This document shows, piece after piece, positions 1 through 10,520 of a stretch of DNA of 64,000 nt (its first letter is position 1; each line of letters starts with the position of its first letter). Source of the DNA: Kiritimatiellia bacterium (lineage in GTDB: Bacteria > Verrucomicrobiota > Kiritimatiellia > RFP12 > DVOR01); contig JAVBLT010000021.1 in assembly GCA_031553315.1 (NCBI GenBank), positions 1,082 to 65,081 on the forward strand, read 5' to 3'. The notes below the pieces were generated by a model that saw only the letters and a program-made list of their open reading frames with translations, was not told the DNA's origin and searched no databases. Both the position numbers and the translations under genes were made by a program.

Positions 1-215
1 GTGGATTCATCGGTCCCCAAGGTGTTGCATTATTCGTTTCATCCATAACAGAAAATCCTCAAAATCATTTCCGAAAATTGGTATAAAAAGAAGCGAAAAC
101 TCAATCGTTTGTGGGGGAAATCATAACATGCGACAACGATGAATACAATGTCAAAAAAACCGCCTCGTTTCCGGTGTTGGAAATGAGGCGTTTGAAGAAA
201 AAAGACCGTTTTCCA

Positions 216-1496
<1,281 letters not shown>

Positions 1497-1621
1497 GATG
1501 GGGTCCTTGAGGGGGTTGACGGTGGACGGTTGACGGTTAACGGTGGTGGTGGGGGCGCTGCCCCCGCGCGTGGCCTACGGCCGCGCTCCCCCGGCGATAA
1601 AAAGGGACATTAAAATGAGGC

Positions 1622-1668
1622 GGGGAAAAAGGACGGGCGATGATTCGCGGTGGAATCATCGCCCGTGC
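1622..1668 (-). terminator. Rho-independent terminator downstream of rpsA
   Basis: 13-bp perfect stem acgggcgatgatt/aatcatcgcccgt (1633..1666) with an 8-nt loop. On the minus strand it is followed by CUUUUUCC (A-run 1626..1630 on plus). Confidence 0.6.
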
Positions 1669-1692
1669 AGCTTATGCTAGAACCGGTTGGGT

Positions 1693-3432
1693 TTAGCGCT
1701 GGCCGGGGCGCCATTCTTCGTTGGCGGAGAAGGCGTCTTCGAAGGCGCTGGCGAAGGAGCCGAGGCCTTCGGCGCCTTTGAGGTCGGTGGCGCTGAGGTC
1801 GCGGGTGAGCTCGGCGATTTCGGCGTCGTCCATCGTCACGGCTTTGATGGAGAGGCCGATGCGGCGTTCGTCGCGGTCGATTTTGACGATGCGGGCTTCG
1901 ACTTCCTGGCCGACTTTGAGGGCGTCTTTCACTTTCTCGATGTGCTGGTCGCTGATCTGGGAGATGTGGACGAGGCCGTCGACGCCGTCTTCGAGCTCGA
2001 TGAAGGCGCCGAAGGAGGCGATTTTGGAGACTTTGCCTTTGACGATCTGGCCGATGGCGTAGCTGGAGGCGATGGTGCTCCAGGGGTCGGTCTGGGCTTG
2101 TTTGAGGCCGAGGGAGATGCGCTGCTGGCTGGGGTCGATTTCGAGGACGACGGCTTCGACGGTCTGGCCTTTCTGGAGGAGCTCGCTGGGATGGTTGACT
2201 TTGCGGGTCCAGCTCATGTCGGAGACGTGGATCATGCCGTCGATGCCTTCTTCCATTTCGACGAAGGCGCCGTAGGTGGTGAAGTTGCGGACTTTGCCGG
2301 TGATGCGGCTGCCGACGGGGTAGCGGTCTTGGACGGTGTCCCAGGGGTTGGCTTCGGTCTGGCGGATGCCGAGGGCGATTTTCTGGTCGTCGGCGTTGAT
2401 GGAGAGGACGACGACGTCGACCTCGTCGCCGATGCCGAGCATGTCGGAGGCGCGGGCGACGCGTTTGGTCCAGGAGAATTCGGAGACGTGGACGAGGCCT
2501 TCGATGCCGGGTTCGATTTCGACGAAGGCGCCGTAGGGGACGAGGTTGACGACTTTGCCGCGGAGGCGGGAGCCGACGGGGTAACGGGCTTCGACGTCGC
2601 CCCAGGGGTTGGACTGGGCTTGCTTGAGGCCGAGGGAGACGCGTTCGCGGTCGAGGTCGATGTCGAGGATCATGACGTCGAGCTCTTGGCCGACTTTGAG
2701 CATTTCGGAGGGATGCTTGACGCGGCCCCAGCTCATGTCGGTGATGTGGAGGAGGCCGTCCATGCCGTCGAGGTCGACGAAGGCGCCGAAGTCGGTGATG
2801 TTTTTCACGCGGCCTTTGCGGACTTGGCCTTTTTCGAGGGTGGTGAGGAGGTCGCGCTTTTTGTCGGCCATGCGTTCTTCAACGAGTTCGCGGCGGGAGA
2901 CGATGATGTTGCGGCGTTCGTCGCTGATTTTGATGATTTTGAAATCGGATTCGAGGTTGAGGTAGGCGTCGAGATCGCGGGCGGGGTTGACGTCGACCTG
3001 GGAGCCGGGGAGGAAGGCGTCGACGCCGTCGACGTCGACAATGAGGCCGCCGCGGACTTTGCTGCGGATGATGCCGTGGACGACTGCGCCTTCGGTGTAT
3101 TTGGCGAGGACGGCTTCCCAGCGGAGCTTTTCATCGGCTTTCTGCTTGCTGAGCTGGACCATGCCGTTTTCGCCTTCGAGCTCGAGGAGGAGGACGTTGA
3201 TCTCGTCGCCGATTTTGACGGCGGCGATGTCGGCGAATTCGCTGGAGCTGACGGCGCCTTCGGATTTGCAGCCGATGTCGACCAGCACTTCGTTGCCTTT
3301 GATGCCGGTGATTTTGCCTTTGACGATGGAACCGGGGGTGAAGCTCTGATCCTGGTTGTTGAGGGCTGCGAGGAGCTCGTCGTACATTGCGCCTGTTTTG
3401 GGCTTGTCAGCGATGGGTTTACGGATGGCCAT
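1693..3432 (-). CDS. rpsA: 30S ribosomal protein S1 (six S1 domains)
   Basis: Repeated S1 motifs (GxV..i.dfGaFV.l..g..GLlHiSe). The track ORF extends to 3600. The internal ATG (MAIRKP...) at 3432 gives a canonical 579-aa S1. Confidence 0.92.
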   Translation of the reverse strand: MAIRKPIADKPKTGAMYDELLAALNNQDQSFTPGSIVKGKITGIKGNEVLVDIGCKSEGAVSSSEFADIAAVKIGDEINVLLLELEGENGMVQLSKQKADEKLRWEAVLAKYTEGAVVHGIIRSKVRGGLIVDVDGVDAFLPGSQVDVNPARDLDAYLNLESDFKIIKISDERRNIIVSRRELVEERMADKKRDLLTTLEKGQVRKGRVKNITDFGAFVDLDGMDGLLHITDMSWGRVKHPSEMLKVGQELDVMILDIDLDRERVSLGLKQAQSNPWGDVEARYPVGSRLRGKVVNLVPYGAFVEIEPGIEGLVHVSEFSWTKRVARASDMLGIGDEVDVVVLSINADDQKIALGIRQTEANPWDTVQDRYPVGSRITGKVRNFTTYGAFVEMEEGIDGMIHVSDMSWTRKVNHPSELLQKGQTVEAVVLEIDPSQQRISLGLKQAQTDPWSTIASSYAIGQIVKGKVSKIASFGAFIELEDGVDGLVHISQISDQHIEKVKDALKVGQEVEARIVKIDRDERRIGLSIKAVTMDDAEIAELTRDLSATDLKGAEGLGSFASAFEDAFSANEEWRPGQR

Positions 3433-3647
3433 GGGAACCTTTTTCGGTTGCTGTCCCTGTTCGCCCGCGAACGGGTGGCGAGGGGGGTTAAACAACCGGT
3501 TTGTTGCTGGGTTGTTTTGGGTTGCGGTCCTGAATTTCCGAGCCGGGCGGCCCGGCAGGGTGCCGGCCTTTTTCAATGAAAGGTGGAAGAAGTGTATCAC
3601 ATTGGCGTTTCGGTTGTAAATGAGTTTTATTAAAAATCGGGTTTTGG

Positions 3648-3676
3648 TTGAAGTGGCGGCGTTTTTCGGGTATGCT
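3648..3676 (+). promoter_or_regulatory. Candidate sigma70 promoter for the 3711 gene (TTGAAG -17- TATGCT)
   Basis: -35 ttgaag 3648..3653, 17-nt spacer, -10 tatgct 3671..3676. An AAGGAG RBS at 3697..3702 sits 8 nt upstream of the ATG at 3711. This region also holds the divergent rpsA upstream sequence. Confidence 0.4.
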
Positions 3677-3710
3677 TTGGGGAAATTGGCTTTTTTAAGG
3701 AGTGTGACTG

Positions 3711-4268
3711 ATGTGGATGGCGTTGTTTTTCATGGCTGTGCTGACGTTTCTGCCGGGGCTTGAGCTGAGGGCTTCGATTCCGTTTGCGTTTTTCGCGCCG
3801 GTGGCGCGTGAATCGGTGCCGCAGTGGCTGGGGGTGCTGATTTGTTTCGGAATCAATGTGCTGGTGGGCATTCTGGTGTTTGAGCTGATGCAGCCTGTGA
3901 TGTGGCTTTTGCGCAAGTGGGATTGGTTCGAGCGGAAAATCTGGCCGGTGTTTTTGGGCAAGCAGGCGAAGCTTCACCCGTATGTGGAAAAATACGGCGA
4001 ATGGGGGCTGGCTCTGTTTATCGGGGTGCCGCTGCCGGGCACGGGCGCTTACACGGGCGCGGTGGGGGCTTATTTGCTGGGGCTTGACCGCAAGCGCTTT
4101 CATGTGGCGAATTTCGCGGGGGTGCTGATTGCGGCGGTGTGCGTGACGGTGCTGTGCGTGTTGCTGGACCGGGGCGTGATTTCGGAGGACAGCGCGCTGC
4201 GCAGGGTTTTCATCAACGACAAGGCCGTGGCCGCCGAGGTGCACGCGGATGCCCCGCAGGAGCCGTAA
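3711..4268 (+). CDS. Small membrane protein, putative small multidrug-export family (COG2426/PF06695-like)
   Basis: 185 aa, about 4 TM segments. The N-terminal LPGLELRASIPFA is characteristic of the family. Its stop overlaps the next start (TAATG). Confidence 0.5.
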   Translation: MWMALFFMAVLTFLPGLELRASIPFAFFAPVARESVPQWLGVLICFGINVLVGILVFELMQPVMWLLRKWDWFERKIWPVFLGKQAKLHPYVEKYGEWGLALFIGVPLPGTGAYTGAVGAYLLGLDRKRFHVANFAGVLIAAVCVTVLCVLLDRGVISEDSALRRVFINDKAVAAEVHADAPQEP

Positions 4269-5203
4269 TGGGGTATTCGCTCTCCACGTCTTGGTTTTCA
4301 AACCGGCGCCTGCCCGCGGCGCAATGGCCCGATGCGGCCGCCGACTTGGGTTTCGACGCGCTTGAGCTGGGGTATTTCGTGCCTGAGGAACGGGTCGGGG
4401 CGCTGTTGGAGCGCGCCGGGGAACTGGGGCTGACGGTTTCGAGCGTGCATGCGTTTTCGCCGGTGCCGCTCGCGCAGCCGGCGGCGGGGCCGGAGATTTT
4501 CTCGCTGGCCGACGCGGCCGAGGAGGAACGCCGGGCGGCTGTTTTCTATCTGCTCAAATCGCTGGATCTCGCGGTGCGCGCGGGCGCGAAGGCGGTGGTG
4601 CTGCACGGAGGCCGGGTGCGGATGCGCCACGGCTGGCTGCGGCGGCCTTACGATTCGCAACTGATTGATCTTTTCCGGCAGGGGGTTGAAAAACCGGGCT
4701 CGCCTTATTATAACGAACTGATCGACACGGAGCGCACGCTGCGCCGCAAGGCGGCTGCGAAGACCGATGCGGCGTTTCGCCGTTCGCTCGACGAGGCTCT
4801 GCCGCATTTCGACGCCGCCGGGGTGAGGCTTTGCCTGGAGAATCTGCCGGGGCTGGAAGCCTATCCCGACCCGGACGAATTTCTGGCGCTGGCGCGCGAT
4901 TACCGCACGCCGTCGCTCGCGTATTGGCACGACACCGGCCACGGCGAGCTCAAAGCGCGCTACGGCGACGTGCCTCCGGGCGCGGTCTTTCCCCGCCTGC
5001 TGCCGTTTCTGGGCGGCGTGCACATTCACGATGTGGCCGAGCCCGACCGGGATCATCACGCGCCGGGCGCGGGCGGCGTGGATTTCGAGGCGCTGCGCTT
5101 CCTGCGCGATGCGGGCGTGCCGCTGGTTTTCGAGCCGGCGCCGGGCGTGCCGGCCGCGGAGCTGAAGGCGGGGCTGGAGCTGATCAAACAGATTTGGAGG
5201 TAA
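4268..5203 (+). CDS. Sugar phosphate isomerase/epimerase (xylose-isomerase-like TIM barrel)
   Basis: 311 aa from the internal ATG at 4268, overlapping the upstream stop. Motifs: GFDALELG, LHGG, LCLENLPG, WHDTGH. Confidence 0.7.
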   Translation: MGYSLSTSWFSNRRLPAAQWPDAAADLGFDALELGYFVPEERVGALLERAGELGLTVSSVHAFSPVPLAQPAAGPEIFSLADAAEEERRAAVFYLLKSLDLAVRAGAKAVVLHGGRVRMRHGWLRRPYDSQLIDLFRQGVEKPGSPYYNELIDTERTLRRKAAAKTDAAFRRSLDEALPHFDAAGVRLCLENLPGLEAYPDPDEFLALARDYRTPSLAYWHDTGHGELKARYGDVPPGAVFPRLLPFLGGVHIHDVAEPDRDHHAPGAGGVDFEALRFLRDAGVPLVFEPAPGVPAAELKAGLELIKQIWR

Positions 5204-5206
5204 CGC

Positions 5207-5593
5207 ATGGGAGAATCAGTCAACGAATTGGAGCTGGAACGCGAAAAACTGGCGCTGGAGCGCGAGCGCCTGGCTCTCGAGCGCGAACGCCTGGCCGACA
5301 TGAAGAAGATTCATTCCGAAGAAGCCCTGGTCGCGGAAAAAAGCAAGGGACATTTCCGCGTGGCGCTGAGCACGGCGGTTTTCCTCTCGGTCATTTCGCT
5401 GCTGGCCGGCGGCATTCTGGGCATCGTGATCACCTCCTGGCACCAGGAACAGCGCGACCAGACCCGCCGCGAACAGGTGGCCCGCGCGCTGCGCGCGACG
5501 ATGACGAACCGCCTCGACCGCGTGGAGGGCGAAGCCGCCGAGCCTCAGCAGTGGGCCGCCGGCGAAGGTCATGTGTGGGTGATTTTGAACTGA
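5207..5593 (+). CDS. Hypothetical coiled-coil protein with one TM helix
   Basis: 128 aa. LALERERLALERERLA heptad-like repeats, then a hydrophobic helix. Lies 4 nt after the isomerase stop. Confidence 0.45.
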   Translation: MGESVNELELEREKLALERERLALERERLADMKKIHSEEALVAEKSKGHFRVALSTAVFLSVISLLAGGILGIVITSWHQEQRDQTRREQVARALRATMTNRLDRVEGEAAEPQQWAAGEGHVWVILN

Positions 5594-5601
5594 GGTCTTC
5601 C

Positions 5602-7320
5602 ATGACGAAGCGTTTGATTCTTTTTTGCGCAATCCTTTCCGCCCTTGCCGCCCAGGCGGCGGGCGGCACCTTCCGCAGACCGCTCGAACGCGTGACCAGC
5701 ATGGATCCGGCGACCGCCGAAGGCGTGCCCTCCATCCGCGCCATGGGCCTGGCCTACGAAACGCTCCTCGAATACGATTACCGCGCCCGCCCCTACGCCC
5801 TCCTGCCCGCAGGCGCCGCCGCCATGCCCGAAATTTCGCCCGACGGCAAGGTCTACACCTTCCGCCTGCGCCCCGAGGCCCGCTTCCACCCCGATCCCTG
5901 CTTCGGCTTCGAGGCCGACGGTTCCCCTAAAGGCCGGCAGGTCACGGCGGCCGACTATGTGTTCGCCTTCAAACGCCTCGCCGACCGCAAGCTCGCCTCC
6001 TCCGCCACCTGGATGGTGGAAGACATCCTCGGCATGAAAGCCTTCTCCGAGGCCTCCGCCGGCAAAGACCCCACCGACTACGCCCGCGAAGTTCCCGGCC
6101 TGCGCGCCCTCGATCCCCTCACCCTGCGCATCGAGCTCAAGCGCCCCTTCATGCAGTTTATCTGGTACCTTCCCCTCCACCACCTCGCCGCCACGCCCCC
6201 CGAAGCCGTGGCCTTCCACGGCGAGGATCTCAGCCGCCACACCGTCGGCTCCGGCCCCTACATCCTCGCAAGCTGGCGCCGCGACCACGAAATGGTCTTC
6301 GAGCGCGCCCCCGGCTGGTGGGGCTGGCGCGAAGGCCAGGCCGCCTTCGACCCCGCGGGCGCGGAAAAGCCCTTCGACCGCATCGTCTACTCCGTGATCA
6401 ACGACGCCTCCACCCAGTGGCTCATGTTCCTCAAAGGCGAGGTCGATTTCCTCGGCGACATCGCCCGCGACAACTGGGAAGTGGTCGTGGATTCCAGCAA
6501 CCGCCTTTTCCCCGAGCTCGCCGCCCGCGGCATCGCCCTCTACAGCACCCCCACCCTCGAGACCTACTTCATCGGCCTGAACATGGACGACCCCATCCTC
6601 GGCCCCAACAAACCCCTCCGCCAGGCTCTCGCCTGCGCCTTCAACTTCGACCGCTGGCACGCCTTCTTCAACGGCCGCGCCCAAAAGCTCACCACCATCG
6701 CCCCGCCGCATATCAAAGACGCGCTCTCCGAGCCCTTCCCCTACGATTTCAACCTCGCCCTCGCCCGCGAGCTCATGGTCAAAGCCGGCTACCCCGGCGG
6801 GATCGACCCCGCCACCGGCCGCCGCCTCGCGCTCACGCTCGACATCGGCCGCGCCTCCCAAAGCGCCCGCGAAATGGCCGAGCTCCTCGCCTCGTTCTTC
6901 AACGAAATCGGCATTGACCTGCGCCTCGAATTCAACAACTGGCCCGCCTTCCTCAAAAAGCTCAACAACCGCCAGGCCCAGCTCTTCAACATCGGCTGGG
7001 TCGGGGATTATCCCGACATCGCGACCTTTGCCCAGCCGCTCCTCTCGCAAAACGTCTCCCCCGGCGCCAACCGCGTGAACTACACCAATCCCCGCGTGGA
7101 CCGGCTCTACGAAACCGCCATCGCCACCGCCGACCCCGCCGCGCAGACCGCCGCCTGGACCGAGCTCCAGCGCATCATCGCCGAAGATTGCCCCCGCATC
7201 CACACCCACTACTTCATCGAATACACCCTCGCCCACAAACGGGTGCTCAACTACCTCCCCCACAACTTCCCCTACGGCATGGAAAAGTACCTCCGCCACC
7301 GCGAAGGAGCCCCCCAATGA
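5602..7320 (+). CDS. ABC transporter substrate-binding protein, family 5 (Opp/Dpp/Nik-like)
   Basis: 572 aa from the ATG at 5602 (MTKRLILFCAILSALAAQA signal peptide). Family-5 hallmarks: ...VTAADYVFAFKRL..., NIGWVGDYPD. The stop overlaps the next start (ATGA). Confidence 0.85.
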   Translation: MTKRLILFCAILSALAAQAAGGTFRRPLERVTSMDPATAEGVPSIRAMGLAYETLLEYDYRARPYALLPAGAAAMPEISPDGKVYTFRLRPEARFHPDPCFGFEADGSPKGRQVTAADYVFAFKRLADRKLASSATWMVEDILGMKAFSEASAGKDPTDYAREVPGLRALDPLTLRIELKRPFMQFIWYLPLHHLAATPPEAVAFHGEDLSRHTVGSGPYILASWRRDHEMVFERAPGWWGWREGQAAFDPAGAEKPFDRIVYSVINDASTQWLMFLKGEVDFLGDIARDNWEVVVDSSNRLFPELAARGIALYSTPTLETYFIGLNMDDPILGPNKPLRQALACAFNFDRWHAFFNGRAQKLTTIAPPHIKDALSEPFPYDFNLALARELMVKAGYPGGIDPATGRRLALTLDIGRASQSAREMAELLASFFNEIGIDLRLEFNNWPAFLKKLNNRQAQLFNIGWVGDYPDIATFAQPLLSQNVSPGANRVNYTNPRVDRLYETAIATADPAAQTAAWTELQRIIAEDCPRIHTHYFIEYTLAHKRVLNYLPHNFPYGMEKYLRHREGAPQ

Positions 7321-8498
7321 AGCGTTACCTCCTCCGCCGCCTCCTGGAAATGATCCCCACGACCTTCGGCGTGATCATGCTCACCTTCGTGCTTTTCTAT
7401 GTGATCGGCGGCTCCCCCGCCACCGTCCGCCTCGGCCAGCACGCCTCCCAGGCCGCCATCGCCGCCTTCGACGCCCAGTACGGCTACGACAAACCCCTCT
7501 TCTGCGGCAACTGGTACACGGTCGACGCGCTCACCCGCCCCGCTCAGGATCGCCCCGCCGCGCTCGCCTTCCCCCTCCCCGAAGGCGCCTACCGCCTCAC
7601 CCCCGAAGGCAGCGCCGCGACCGCCACCCTTGAAGCCATCGACACGGGCGAACGCCGCACCGAAAGCGCCCGCGGCACGGTCGCCGTCCCCAAAGGCTGG
7701 AAGCTCGCCGCCGTCGACGGCACGCCCGCCCGCATCCAGCGCCGGACCGATTCTTTCTTCGACTCCCAGTTCGTCCACTACATCGCCGGGCTCATCCGGT
7801 TCGACTTCGGCCGCTCCCAGGAATACAACATGCCCGTGCTCGCCGTGCTCAAGGCCGGAGTCGGCCCCACCCTTTCGCTGACGCTTCCCATCCTCCTTTC
7901 CGGCGCCATCCTCGGCGTGCTCCTGGGGCTGCTCTGCGCCGCCAACCGCGGCGGGTGGGTCGACCGGGGCATCCTCGTGGGATCCACCATCCTCATGAGC
8001 GTCAACTACGTCGTCTGGATCCTCATGGGGCAGTTCGTCATCGGCTACAGATGGGGGTGGTTCCCGCTGTGGGGCTACCAATCGGCCTGGAACCTCGCGC
8101 TGCCCGTGATGATCGGCGTGATGGGCGGGCTCGGGGCCGACATCCGCTTCTACCGCGCCGCCATTCTCGACGAAGCCTACAAGCCCTACGTGCGCACCGC
8201 CCAGGCCAAAGGCCTCTCCGGCCCCCGCGTCTACCTCCGCCACATCCTGCGCAACAGCCTCATCCCCATCGTCACCTACATCAGCCTCTCCATCCCCTTC
8301 CTCTTCACCGGCAGCCTCCTGCTTGAAAGCTTCTTCGGCATCCCCGGCCTGGGCAACGTCAGCATCAACGCCATCAACTCCTCCGACATGGCCGTCGTCC
8401 GCGGCGTCGTCGTCATCGGCGCCCTCATCTACCAGATCGTCAACCTGCTGACCGATATCTGCTACGGTTGGCTCGACCCGAGAGTCCGCCTCGCATGA
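7317..8498 (+). CDS. ABC transporter permease (DppB/OppB-like) with an ~80-aa insertion in the first periplasmic loop
   Basis: 393 aa. N-terminal RYLLRRLLEMIPTTFGVIMLTFVLF is typical of DppB. The EAA-like loop is present. ATGA overlaps on both sides. Confidence 0.85.
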   Translation: MKRYLLRRLLEMIPTTFGVIMLTFVLFYVIGGSPATVRLGQHASQAAIAAFDAQYGYDKPLFCGNWYTVDALTRPAQDRPAALAFPLPEGAYRLTPEGSAATATLEAIDTGERRTESARGTVAVPKGWKLAAVDGTPARIQRRTDSFFDSQFVHYIAGLIRFDFGRSQEYNMPVLAVLKAGVGPTLSLTLPILLSGAILGVLLGLLCAANRGGWVDRGILVGSTILMSVNYVVWILMGQFVIGYRWGWFPLWGYQSAWNLALPVMIGVMGGLGADIRFYRAAILDEAYKPYVRTAQAKGLSGPRVYLRHILRNSLIPIVTYISLSIPFLFTGSLLLESFFGIPGLGNVSINAINSSDMAVVRGVVVIGALIYQIVNLLTDICYGWLDPRVRLA

Positions 8499-9397
8499 AC
8501 AAAGCCCCCTCCCCCCTCTCCCGCCTCTGGAAGCGCCTCGACACCCGGCTCTGCCTCATCGCCATCATCATCTACACCATCGCCGCCCTCTACGGCGAAA
8601 GCGTCTACCGCTACTACCGCGCCATCGACCGCACCCCCTCCTACAACCAGGTCCACATGAGCGCCCGCTATGCGCCCCCCATGACCCGCGCCCCCGATAC
8701 CGGCCACCTCTACATCCTGGGCAGCGACAACCTCGGGCGCGACGTGGGCCAGCGCCTCGTGCAGGGCGCCCGCATCGCCTTCCACGTCGGCATCATGACC
8801 TCCCTCATCGCCATCCCCCTGGGCGTCATCCTCGGCTGCCTCGGCGGCTACTTCGGCGGCAAGGTCGACAGCGTCGTCGTCTGGCTCTGCGCCACCGTTG
8901 CCTCCATGCCCGGGCTCCTCTTCATCCTCGCCATCGCCATGATCGTGGGGCAGGGGCTCACAGGGATCTACCTCGGCATCGGGCTCACCACGTGGGTCGG
9001 CGTCTGCCGCAACATCCGCGCGGAAGTGATCCGCCACCGCGACCGCGCCTACGTGCAGGCCGCCCAAGTGCTCGGCTACAGCCACCCCCGCATCATGTTC
9101 CTCCACATTTTGCCCAACATCCTGCACATTGTGCTGATCTCCTTCTCGATCCGCTTCCCCTCCTCCGTGGCCACCGAAGTCTTCATCAGCTTCCTGGGCA
9201 TCGGCGCCCAGGGCGAACCCTCCTGGGGCATCATGATCAACAACGCCCGCGTCCGCCTCTGGCAAGGCATCTGGTGGGAGCTCAGCTTCGTCACCCTCGC
9301 CATCTTCCTGCTCGTGCTCACCTTCAACCACCTCGCCGACGCCCTGCGCGACATCTACGACCCCGCCCTCCGCTCCGGCAGAAAAGGCCAGACATGA
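8495..9397 (+). CDS. ABC transporter permease (DppC/OppC-like)
   Basis: 300 aa from the internal ATG (MNKAPSP...) at 8495. Typical DppC N-terminus and TM pattern. Confidence 0.85.
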   Translation: MNKAPSPLSRLWKRLDTRLCLIAIIIYTIAALYGESVYRYYRAIDRTPSYNQVHMSARYAPPMTRAPDTGHLYILGSDNLGRDVGQRLVQGARIAFHVGIMTSLIAIPLGVILGCLGGYFGGKVDSVVVWLCATVASMPGLLFILAIAMIVGQGLTGIYLGIGLTTWVGVCRNIRAEVIRHRDRAYVQAAQVLGYSHPRIMFLHILPNILHIVLISFSIRFPSSVATEVFISFLGIGAQGEPSWGIMINNARVRLWQGIWWELSFVTLAIFLLVLTFNHLADALRDIYDPALRSGRKGQT

Positions 9398-10413
9398 CCC
9401 GGGAAAAAATCCTCGCCGCCCTCACAGAGCCCGACGCCTCCGCGCTTTTTGCCGAAGCCGACCGCGTGCGCCATGAATCCGTGGGCGACGCCGTCCACCT
9501 GCGCGGCCTCGTTGAATTCTCCAACATCTGCACCCGCCGCTGCACCTACTGCGGCATGCGCGCCCCCAACGCCACCCTCCCCCGCTACCGCATGACCCGG
9601 GAAGAAATCCTCGCCTGCGCCCGCCTCGCCGCCGAGCTGAAATTCGGCACCCTCGTGCTCCAATCCGGCGAAGACCCCACCCTCGAAGCCCAATGGGTCG
9701 CCGACCTCATCCGCGCCGTCAAAAACGAGACCCCCCTCGCCGTCACCCTCAGCCTCGGCGAACACCCCCAAGCCCACTACGCCCTCTGGCGCGCCGCCGG
9801 CGCCGACCGTTACCTCCTGCGCTTCGAAACCAGCGACCTTCAGCTCTTCCACCGCATCCACCCCGGATCCCCCCAGGGCAAAGAGCACCCCCGCATCGCC
9901 CACCTCCACACCCTTCGCGCCCAAGGCTACGAAATCGGCAGCGGCGTCATGACCGGCATCCCCGGCCAAAGCCTCCACGCCCTTGCCGACGACCTCCTCC
10001 TCTTCAAAGCCCTCGATCTCGACATGGTCGGCATCGGCCCCTACATCCCCGACCCCGGCACCCCCCTCGCCCAAGCCGCCCCCCTCGCCGAAAACCAGGC
10101 GCCCCCCACCGCCCAAACCGCCCTCCGCGCCATCGCCCTCACCCGCCTCCTCCTCCCCCGCGCCAACATCCCCTCCACCACCGCCCTCTCCACCCTCGAC
10201 CCCGCCCGGGGCCGCCGCCTCGGCCTCACCTGCGGCGCCAACATCCTCATGCCCAACCTCACCCCCAAACACTACCGCGACCGCTACACCATCTACCCCG
10301 GCAAAATCTGCATCAAAGCCCCCGAAGCCGACGATCTCGCCGCCCTCTACCGCCTTTTTGAAGACCTCCGCCGCCACCCCGGCGCCGGCCCCGGCGGCCG
10401 AACGCCCGCATGA
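9394..10413 (+). CDS. Radical SAM enzyme, HydE/BioB/PylB-like subfamily
   Basis: 339 aa. CTRRCTYCGMRA (CX3CX2C), GTLVLQSGEDP, and a HydE-like length. Its start overlaps the permease stop (ACATGA). Confidence 0.8.
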   Translation: MTREKILAALTEPDASALFAEADRVRHESVGDAVHLRGLVEFSNICTRRCTYCGMRAPNATLPRYRMTREEILACARLAAELKFGTLVLQSGEDPTLEAQWVADLIRAVKNETPLAVTLSLGEHPQAHYALWRAAGADRYLLRFETSDLQLFHRIHPGSPQGKEHPRIAHLHTLRAQGYEIGSGVMTGIPGQSLHALADDLLLFKALDLDMVGIGPYIPDPGTPLAQAAPLAENQAPPTAQTALRAIALTRLLLPRANIPSTTALSTLDPARGRRLGLTCGANILMPNLTPKHYRDRYTIYPGKICIKAPEADDLAALYRLFEDLRRHPGAGPGGRTPA

Positions 10414-10520
10414 TCCCCGCCCGCGCTTGAGCAAAAGCACAATAAAACCTTGTTCTCCATGCAATAATCTTCATTATTGTGCGTTTCTCCAAGCGAAACC
10501 CCACACGAAAAAGGTTCCCC

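Noticed and set aside
1687-3579. 630-aa plus-strand ORF antisense to rpsA
   Set aside because: Same antisense low-complexity composition (GAEVFD repeats). The S1 domains on the minus strand explain the region.
3630-4301. 223-aa minus-strand ORF overlapping the small membrane-protein gene
   Set aside because: His/Arg/Gln-rich composition and antisense to a plausible TM protein. No RBS.
5569-7317. 582-aa minus-strand ORF antisense to the substrate-binding-protein gene
   Set aside because: G/A/V/E-rich with no motifs. The family-5 SBP on the plus strand is convincing.
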